A stretch of 64,000 nucleotides of DNA, taken from positions 205,158,001-205,222,000 of the forward strand of contig OZ024743.1 in assembly GCA_964016885.1 (NCBI GenBank), in the 5' to 3' direction. A model generated the notes under the pieces. The model saw nothing but the letters and a program-made list of their open reading frames with translations, was not told the DNA's origin and searched no databases. The position numbers and the translations under genes are program-made. Positions 54,536-64,000 of this stretch are shown piece by piece (the stretch's first letter is position 1; the number at the start of each line of letters is the position of its first letter). The stretch comes from Eledone cirrhosa (Eukaryota).

Positions 54536-55009
54536 TATATATAAATTATATATATATATATAAATTATATATATATATATAAATTATTATATATATATAT
54601 AAATTATTATATATATATATAAATTATATATATATATATAAATTATATATATATAAATTATTATATGAAGGCGTGTGGCTGAGTGGTTAAGGAATTGGAT
54701 TCGCAATCGTAAGGTTGTGAGTTCGATTCCTAGACCAGGCGATGCGTTATGTCCTTGAGCAAGACACTTTATTTCACGTTGCTCCTTCTACCTGGAGTTG
54801 CGACCGATAGATAGTATTAGCAATTGGAAAGACCAACGGAAACATTGTTCCCTCGGTCCGATTTGACAAAAAAGTCGATCGTTTTTATATATATATATAA
54901 ATTATTATATATATATATATATATAAATTATTATATATATATATATATATATATAAATTATTATATATATATATATATAAATTATTATATATATATATAT
55001 ATAAATTAT

Positions 55010-56017
55010 TGGGAACTTCTCTATGCTGACGATCTGGCTCTTATGGCAGAATCAGTAGAGGAGCTAGAGAATAAATTCCGGCTATGGAAACAGCAGTTGG
55101 AAGCAAGAGGACTGAGAGTAAATCTAGCTAAGACAAAAGTGTTGATGAATAGAAAAGAGGACAAAACCCTGATTCCGTCAGGGAAATGGCCATGTTCGAT
55201 ATGCAGAAAAGGAACTGGCATAAATTCTATAAAATGCACACAATGCAGGTCCTGGGTACACAAGAGATGTAGTGGGATAGCAGGCAAACTAACAGGTAGG
55301 GAGAAATATGTATGCAGTAGATGTACAGGGAAATTAGACAGTAGAAGTCGCACTGATAGACACATTTTTCAAATGCGAGAGGGCTCTATAGAAGTGGTGG
55401 ATAGCTTCCGGTACCTAGGAGATCAGATTAGCATGGGAGGAGGGTTTTCCGAGGCCATAGTATCTAGAATAAGGACGGGTTGGAAGAAGTTTAGGGAGCT
55501 GCTTCCTCTGGTGACGAAGAAGGGTTTCTCCCTGCGTACGAAAGGCCGGTTGTATGATGCCTGTGTGAGGAGCGCGATGCTGCATGGTAGTGAGACATGG
55601 GCAGCAACCGCAGAGGATATGCGACGGCTGGAGAGAAATGAGGCAAGCATGCTCCGTTGGATGTGCAGTGTAAATGTGCGTGAACGACCCAGCATAAATG
55701 TGTTGAGAGAGAAACTGTGTCTGAGAGGGATAGAATGTAGTGTACGGGAGAGGAGACTGAGGTGGTATGGACATGTGATGCGCATGGAGGATGACCGATG
55801 GGTGAAGAAGTGCCAGGAAATGCCAGTTGAAGGAAGACGTGGTAGAGGTAGACCACGAAAAACATGGGCGGAGGTGGTGAGAACAGACCTCAGATCATTG
55901 AAGCTCACGGTGGAGATGACGAGGGACCGTGACGAGTGGAGAGATGCTGTGCTGAATAAGACCCGTCCCACCCTTGCAAGCAGGGAAAAGCGGACGTAAA
56001 ATGATGATGATGATGAT
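55010..56017 (+). mobile_element. 5'-truncated RTE LINE family B (RT C-half with PHD finger)
   Basis: Open frame [58 protein letters not shown], followed directly by (GAT)n. Confidence 0.93.
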
Positions 56018-56290
56018 ATATATATAAATTATTATATATATATATATAAATTATATACATATATATATATAAATTATTATATATATATATATAAATTATA
56101 TATATATATATAAATTATATATATATATATAAATTATATATATATATATATAAATTATATATATATATATATAAATTATATATATATATATATAAATTAT
56201 ATATATATATAAATTATATATATATATATAAATTATATATATATATATATAAATTATATATATATATATATAAATTATATATATATATAT

Positions 56291-56329
<39 letters not shown>

Positions 56330-56466
56330 TATATATATATATATATATAAATTATATATATATATATATATAAATTATATATATATATATATATAAATTA
56401 TATATATATATATATATAAATATATATATATAAATTATATATATATATATATATAAATATATATAT

Positions 56467-56583
<117 letters not shown>

Positions 56584-56594
56584 TATATATATAT

Positions 56595-56631
<37 letters not shown>

Positions 56632-56653
56632 TATATATATATAAATTATATAT

Positions 56654-58010
56654 AAGACAGGCTGCCCATGGGAACTCCTATACGCAGACGACCTGACACT
56701 CATAGCGGAATCAATGGCCGAGCTAGAGAAGAAATTCCAAACATGGAAGCACGGCCTAGAGTCAAAAGGACTTAAAATTAACCTGGCTAAGACCAAAGTT
56801 CTAGTTTGTAGGAAAGAAAACAAGGCGGCGGTCCCTTCTGGGAAATGGTCGTGCTCGGTGTGTAGGAAAGGCGTAGGTAGAAACTCCATTTTGTGTCCTA
56901 AATGCAAAGTATGGGTGCATAAAAGATGTAGTGGGATCACAGGTAAGCTAACTAAGAACATAGATTTTACATGTGGCCGGTGTTCTGGTGCAATAAGTAG
57001 CAGCAAGTGCCCACACAATACTAGCTCTTTCAATTGCGCAGAGGGTTCTATAGAAATAGTGGACAGCTTCTGTTACCTGGGCGATAAAATCAGCAGTGGG
57101 GGAGGATGCTCTGAAAGTACTGTAGCTAGAGTCAGAACTGGTTGGAAAAAGTTCAGAGAGCTTATACCACTATTAGCTGCTAAAGGGTTCTCCCTAAAAA
57201 TGAAAGGCAGGTTGTACGATGCCTGCATACGAACAGCAATGTTGCATGGCAGTGAGACCTGGGCATTGTGTGCAGAGGATATACGCAGACTAGAGAGGAA
57301 CGAAGCTTGCATGCTCCGCTGGATGTGTAACAGTAATATACGTGAACGGCAAAGCATAAACGAACTAAGGAAAAAATTAGAGATAAGAGGGATCAGATGT
57401 TGTTTACTCGAGAGAAGGCTACGTTGGTATGGACACGTGATGCGCATGAAAGTCGATAGCTGTATAACAAAGTGCAGGGCAATAAAGATAGACGGTAGCC
57501 ACGGAATAGGCAGACCTAGAAAAACCTGGGACGAGCTGATAAACTCCGACCTCACACACTTACACCTCTCCAAGACAATGTCACTGGACCGAGACCTTTG
57601 GCGGTACTCAGTAACAGAGAAGACCCGCCTTGCCAGTAGGCATCTCTAACAAAATACACCCCGTCCCACCACCACCACCCCCACCCCATCCACACCACCC
57701 CGTCCTATGTAAAGTTATGTTGGTGCCGCGCCATCCGGGCCGAAACAAATGAGATCGTGTAGGTGTCACGACAAAAAACACACAGTCCACGCTGTAATGT
57801 GGCCGTGTAGGCAACACGGTAAAAACCTCCCAGACCCACACTGTAAATGTGGTTGGTGTTAGGAAGGGCATCCAACTGTAGAAAACCTGCCAGACAGTCC
57901 TATGCGAGCAAGACAATCACTCTTGCCTCAAGTGGGACTACCCCCGTCCAAACCCATGCAAGCGTGGAACACGGACGTTAAACGTTGATGATGATGATGA
58001 TGATGATGAT
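56654..58010 (+). mobile_element. 5'-truncated copy of RTE family A
   Basis: Highly similar to 51801-53292; begins KTGCPWELLYADD; (GAT)n tail. Confidence 0.95.
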
Positions 58011-58020
58011 ATATATATAT

Positions 58021-58079
<59 letters not shown>

Positions 58080-58211
58080 TATATATATATATAAATTATA
58101 TATATATATTTATTATTTATTAAAATAACAGATTAAAATTTAAGCAAAGAATCGCTGCTTTCACCCTTAACGGGATCTTCTGAAACTTATATAAATTATA
58201 TATATATATAT

Positions 58212-58262
<51 letters not shown>

Positions 58263-58531
58263 TATATATATATATAGAAATTATATATATATATATAGAG
58301 AGAAATTATATATATATATATATATAGAGAAATTATATATATATATATATATAGAGAGAGAAATTATATATATATATATATATAGAGAGAGAAATTATAT
58401 ATATATATATATAGAAATTATATATATATATATAGAGAGAAATTATATATATATAGAGAAATTATATATATATATAGAGAGAGAGAGAAATTATATATAT
58501 ATATATAGAGAAATTATATATATAAAGAAAT

Positions 58532-58546
<15 letters not shown>

Positions 58547-58627
<81 letters not shown>
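58547..58627. repeat. (GA)n microsatellite
   Basis: Directly visible. Confidence 0.97.
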
Positions 58628-58629
<2 letters not shown>

Positions 58630-59521
58630 ACGAGTTAAATAGCGGGTAACCAGAGTAAATAAGGTACTCAATACATGAGTGAAATTCTTGATGATTTCAT
58701 ACGAATGAATAAATTCTAGTCCTGTAGAAGCCATTTATATATATATTATAAAGAATTGGCACCCGACTCTTTATAATATAACCATACTCTACTACTCCAA
58801 GTATTGAGAACTCTGTTGAATAATGGTCTAACCAGTTTCAAACTGAATCTATCCTGATATATAATTTTTGATGATTTAGTGTTAAAGAATAAAAACTAAT
58901 GATAAAATAAAAATAATTTTTTTTTTAATTGAGCCTCCCTCCCTTTCCTCCGATAGTGCATGACCCTAAACTATCACTTATTTAGTTTATGGTTAAGTAC
59001 AGCACTGGATAAACGGAAACTGTTTGGCAGCCTATCGGGTGGGTTGTCCTTCCTTGTCACGCTGAATCTTCCTGAGAATTACGTTATCGGTAGACGTGTC
59101 TGTGGAATGCTAAGTCCCTTTACGACTTAATTTCATGTGGGCTATGCCATTGATCGAACAACTAACTGGAACGCTCGTCGTCGAAACCGACGGAGATCCA
59201 TTCGGGTGTAACCAATAACTAAAAAAATAAGTCCTCAGCTCGATTGTTCCTAATGGTAAATGATATTGGTATGAAGTTTCATGTCCCGCACCAGCACCAC
59301 TACCACCACCATCAGCTTCCAACACACATCATCCACTCTCTTTCTCACACGTACAAGGCAAAGTAGTTTTAAAGTATCCTACGACAGCCTAATCTCAATA
59401 CACGTGTGAAAGAAACAACATCCAAGAAAAAATAAGGGGGAACATATTCAGCTGAAACAGCAGAATATGGTAAAAAATTCAAATATAGTAATGGGGTGAT
59501 TATTAAGACACTCTTCTAAGC

Positions 59522-59588
<67 letters not shown>

Positions 59589-59878
59589 TTATTTTATTAT
59601 ACTTTTTATTCTCATTTTTTATTTTCGTTGGAAGATTAAAATCGTCAATTATATTTTTATTATACAAAACATAAATAAATTTACAGTAGAATAACATAAC
59701 AAATAGGTTTTAAATAACATTACAAATGTTTAGATAACATTATAAATTGCTCGCGATTCTTTCAGAAAGATATATTCTTTTTCTGTTACAATATTAAAGA
59801 AAATGGAAAGGAAGTGGGTGAACAGCAGAGCAAAAGACAGCAACGTCGCGAGGAGTACCGGGCAATCTCTCTAATGAT

Positions 59879-59948
<70 letters not shown>

Positions 59949-62508
59949 AGAGTTAGAGTTACAGTGTGCCTTCCCATTTGCTACAAATTCGATCAGATAA
60001 AGAATTGGTAAGATTTTATAGAAATATAGAGGGAAAAAACAACGACACAACAGAAATCAAAATTATTAAAAGCTAAATTGTTGTACCTTTTAATGGAGAG
60101 AAAAAAAACCAAAGTTTCCATTTATGAAAAAGTTTTATAGAATTAGTGATGTTTCGAAAGACAAGCTTGAGAGATGTAGGGGATGTGGAAGGTGAGGTTA
60201 TAATGCCTTTTTCAAGGGCATTAACAACATAAGTGAAACTTTAATTATACTATAATATAACAGACATTTATCATATATATTACCGAAAATTACACATTAA
60301 TGCGAAGAAATCTATCATTAATTTTACTGTCTGAAACCGTCTTATTCATTTTCTCATTCCCCCTTTTGTAAAAAGCATTTACCGAAATAGTTAAAATTAC
60401 ACACACGCGCACATTTATATATATATTTAAATGAAAGTATAGAAATTATTGTGAGCGTGAAGCCAACAGTATTTCATAATATATATATACTCTACTTTCC
60501 CAGCTGAACATGGTCTTACTAGTCTAAACTAGTAACCCACAATCTATCTATATATATAGTAATCTCAATAAATATATGTTCTTTACATCGGCATTGAGTA
60601 CTTTTTGCTGGTGTTTGTAAACCCAATATATTAATTGATTTATTCTAAACATTACGATGGCGTTAATTATTAATGATAGATAGCTTTCAAGTTATTGTGC
60701 ACTTAACGGGGAGTGAAAACATAAAATAGGTTTCTATTTCTATATTTTCCTGAGAAAGTATGGCCCAGCCATACCGGTGTATTTAAGCTATATACCTTCA
60801 TGGCATTCGTGAGGAATAAGGATAAAAATATCTTGTATTCATTACTAACATCATCATAGTTTAAAGTGAAATGTTTAAATGTGAATCTAACATCTAATAG
60901 AGTAGCAACAATATTTGGTGTGGTAAACATAAATCAATGGCCAGTTTAACACCGCTTCTGGTCTTGGGTGTATTTTAGCCAAGTAAAACGCTATTACAAG
61001 GATTTTGGACAAGGTCTCCGGGTTGAGAATAAATCGATATCTCAATGTCTCCATCCCTACGGCCTATTAAAACCCTTACATAGTATGTTACTAGTTACAA
61101 GAGTAATATAGTTAGATGTGGTTCTCCAGCGGAGGTTCATCGCCATGTACGATAGGATTCCACGAAATTGCCCTATTTGCTGGCTAGGCCCATCATCCGT
61201 AGCTAAGGACTTTACATGGGTCGAACTAGTGGTTAACAGTAAAGTAGGGGCTTTCTCTCTTTGCTTGACTAGTTTCGGAGGTCCTGCAAAGGTCATGGGC
61301 GCCGCCCTTCCTTAACTAAACCATAAAAAACAACCCAAATGAAAAGTGCAGTCGCCTGTGTGTCTGGCCTACTTTTCCTTACCTAAAACTCTAACTGTTA
61401 AATTCTATGTTTGACGTTAAAGGTGGAATTTTAGGGATTTACAAATTACGGAAAAATAAAAAAAGTTTCGTATTTAATGAATATGAAATTATTTGACATT
61501 TGAAATTTATATAAAAATACTTTAAAGTTTAGCTTTTTTATGCAACCATTTTTGTTTAACATTTATTTCTTCTAAATTAAAATAATTAGAAGTTAATAAA
61601 CAATGTTACAGCTGATTTACAACAAGATTAATTATCAACAGTTAATGAAATAAAAAGAAGGGACAGAAAGGAAGACAAAATCCTAGAAATGTGAACATTA
61701 ACCTAGAACATGTCCTGATATTAATTAAATATCAGAGATGATATTCTGGGAGAGAAAAACCTGTATCGATGAATCATACAGATTGATCTCTATAGGAATT
61801 TACAAATTGTTAAGCTCGGTTAAAGTGAATACCGGTAGTTGATAATCTGTTGATCTGTTGTGTATAGAAACCTAAAGCCATGCTATAGCAACATCAGATA
61901 TAACTCACGGCTACAGGTACTGGGTGTTGGATAATTGGTAAAAGTTGAGCAGCAATTGAGTAAGATAGATAAAATATAATGAAATTATACAAGGAGCCGT
62001 TGTCGATAATGATGATGGGCATATAATTAGAACAAGGAGGACAGAGAAATAAATAAGACATTTACAATGTAAGAAGATCGTGAATAAAATAGATAGGCAA
62101 ATCTGGTTTAATTGACACATACACGTGTAGATGTATGCACATATATGTATAAATATATATTATATATACATATATATATATATTATACATAAATATATAT
62201 AATGTTTATATATATATATACACAGAATCAGAAATCGGGTTTAAATGACACATACACGTGTAGATGTGTGCACACATACACACATATTTATATATATATA
62301 TACATGCACACATTTATATATTATACATATATATACAGCTATAATATGAAATGAATCTGTGTAATTATTGTAAGGGAGGCAAGCAAGAGATGAAGGGTGC
62401 CATTACTTAACACTGACGTGTCACTTAAGCAACCAGCTTTCTTTTATATATACTTTATCTCTCTCACTCTTTTTTCTTCTCTCTAGGTGCGTAAAGTAAA
62501 ATATTTAC

Positions 62509-62581
62509 CACTAACTCCGGATTTTTTTGCATGTTTAGGCTGCTCAGTGTTGTTCTGCGTCTTCTTTTTCGTTTTACTCAT
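62509..62581 (-). CDS. ASPH: Candidate first coding exon of the ASPH-like gene (MSKTKKKTQNNTEQPKHAKKSGVS+G)
   Basis: ATG at 62581, 73 nt, G|GTAAAT phase-1 donor matching the phase-1 acceptor at 19272 (G+AG=Glu). Lys-rich N-terminus in repeat-poor, CpG-retaining sequence. Short, so it could be chance. Confidence 0.55.
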
Positions 62582-63016
62582 TACGGTTTTGGGTAAATGA
62601 CTTCTCTTTACTTTGATAGAAATAGATGAAGACTAATAATAATAGAAGAAGTAGAAGTAAAGATACCAATGTGTTTGCTTTTGGTTTCTGTATAAAATAT
62701 AAAGAGATTAAGAGTGTGAGAGGCGCTACTACTGCGAGAGTGACAGACAAGTTGTTAGCTAGCAGCCGCTCCAACGTGTAACATAACCGGTAAACTACTA
62801 CACATCGTTCCTTCTGTTAAAAACTGACTAGACACAAATTACTGACACACACACGTGTCTTACTTTTATTAATGTTGTTGGTTGGGGAGGTTTTTGTAAA
62901 TATATAATATTTAGTCCACATTTCTAATCCTTATATATATAAGGATTTGAAATGTAATTAGTTATAACAGTGACATACACAGGTACTTAAGTTTCGTTGG
63001 GTTATACACTCCAACC

Positions 63017-63050
<34 letters not shown>

Positions 63051-63242
63051 GCGAAGGAGTTGTGTTAAGGAACCAGATGGACCATAACGCATCAGAGTAC
63101 TCAATACTTAGAGTAGTAGAGTGGGTAATTTGAAAATGTATGACCCCGACGGCAGAGCTCAAGCCGTTTCGACGGCTATTTCTGGGTCCAGAAATAGCTG
63201 TCGAAACGGCTTGAGCTCTGCCGTCGGGGTCATACATTTTCA
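63051..63242 (-). mobile_element. Fold-back element: 112-bp near-perfect palindrome (63131-63242) plus GTATTGAGTACTC tail, putative PLE terminus
   Basis: Arms match 54/55 around a central GT. Each arm carries a hammerhead 3' half, GAAAC-GGC..GCC-GTC. Flanked by (TA)n on both sides. Confidence 0.6.
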
Positions 63243-64000
63243 TATATATATATATATATCCGTATGCGGTTGACGACTGAGAGAATGGAGTACTCAATAC
63301 CTAAGTAGAGTTTTAATATTCAATATTATAGTAACAAGACTCACTTAGTATATGTATGGTATTTTTATGTAATTACAAAAATGTTACTTTAGTGCTAATA
63401 GAACTTTTTAAAATTTTTATCGCATCATAATAAGGCATTGGGAAGTCAGTTTTAATATATATATATATATTAGTAATAATAAAAAAGACCAAATCCAGAG
63501 AGGACTCGCTAAGAGTTGTATATGTATATATAGAGATAGATATGTCTGGAACTAGCTGTTAAAAGGGCAAGAGCTCAGCCGTCGAGCCCAGACTATAATA
63601 TATAAATTTCTACCTGTTCCAATAACCACATGGCATTGACAAACTGTCGCCACTTTTGACATCTGTTACAAACGGACACTTGACCATGTTTTATATTCCT
63701 AGCTTTGTTTATATACTGTAACAAGCTGTTATTTTATGTTTCAAGTAATATTTTTTAAAGTCTAGGTTTGTTTGTATATTACACACATTAATGTCCCAAA
63801 CATATGTTTACTATGTATATACATTACATGTGTACTGGATTTATTGTGAAAGCTTTTTTTAAAAATAGAATGTATACAAATAGACAATTTATATTTTTTG
63901 TAAAAATTATATTAGAAAAGAAGGGGTGGTGGAGAAGACACAAAACAAGGGGTGTTGTGGTTTTCCCCTAATAATTTTAAGGCAAGCCAGTGCAGCATTG

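Noticed and set aside
58146-58186. Hammerhead-like CAGAAGAT-CCC-GTTAA-GGG-TGAAA on the minus strand
   Set aside because: Core U is mutated and there is no NUH or stem III; at best a decayed remnant.
62450-62490. Plus-strand polypyrimidine tract plus AG acceptor
   Set aside because: No downstream open exon or partner donor identified; likely a CT-rich tract.
62574-62774. 66-aa hydrophobic ORF
   Set aside because: Starts at a non-ATG codon; better explained as T-rich 5' UTR upstream of the ATG at 62581.

Overview
AT-rich, repeat-dense animal genomic DNA; the SINE/LINE repertoire suggests a cephalopod such as octopus (inference). No prokaryotic features, rRNA or CRISPR are present. The window spans the 5' half of one minus-strand gene, most likely aspartyl/asparaginyl beta-hydroxylase (ASPH). 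Three exons join with compatible splice phases: 62581-62509, 19272-18994 (KKEN repeats plus a transmembrane helix) and 7133-5392 (a long EEARQA repeat ending in an ASPH-like pre-TPR segment). The catalytic exons would lie left of position 1. The introns hold an RTE-clade LINE family whose RT carries an internal C4HC3 PHD finger (one near-full-length and several 5'-truncated copies) and Penelope-like element (PLE) fragments with hammerhead-ribozyme-like motifs and fold-back termini. They also hold tRNA-headed SINEs with interchangeable tails, TTAA-flanked MITEs, two Helitrons, 22/30/40/48-bp minisatellites, and (TA)n arrays that act as insertion hot-spots. Most ORFs in the supplied track are microsatellite or antisense artefacts. 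All calls are by eye; no database search was run.
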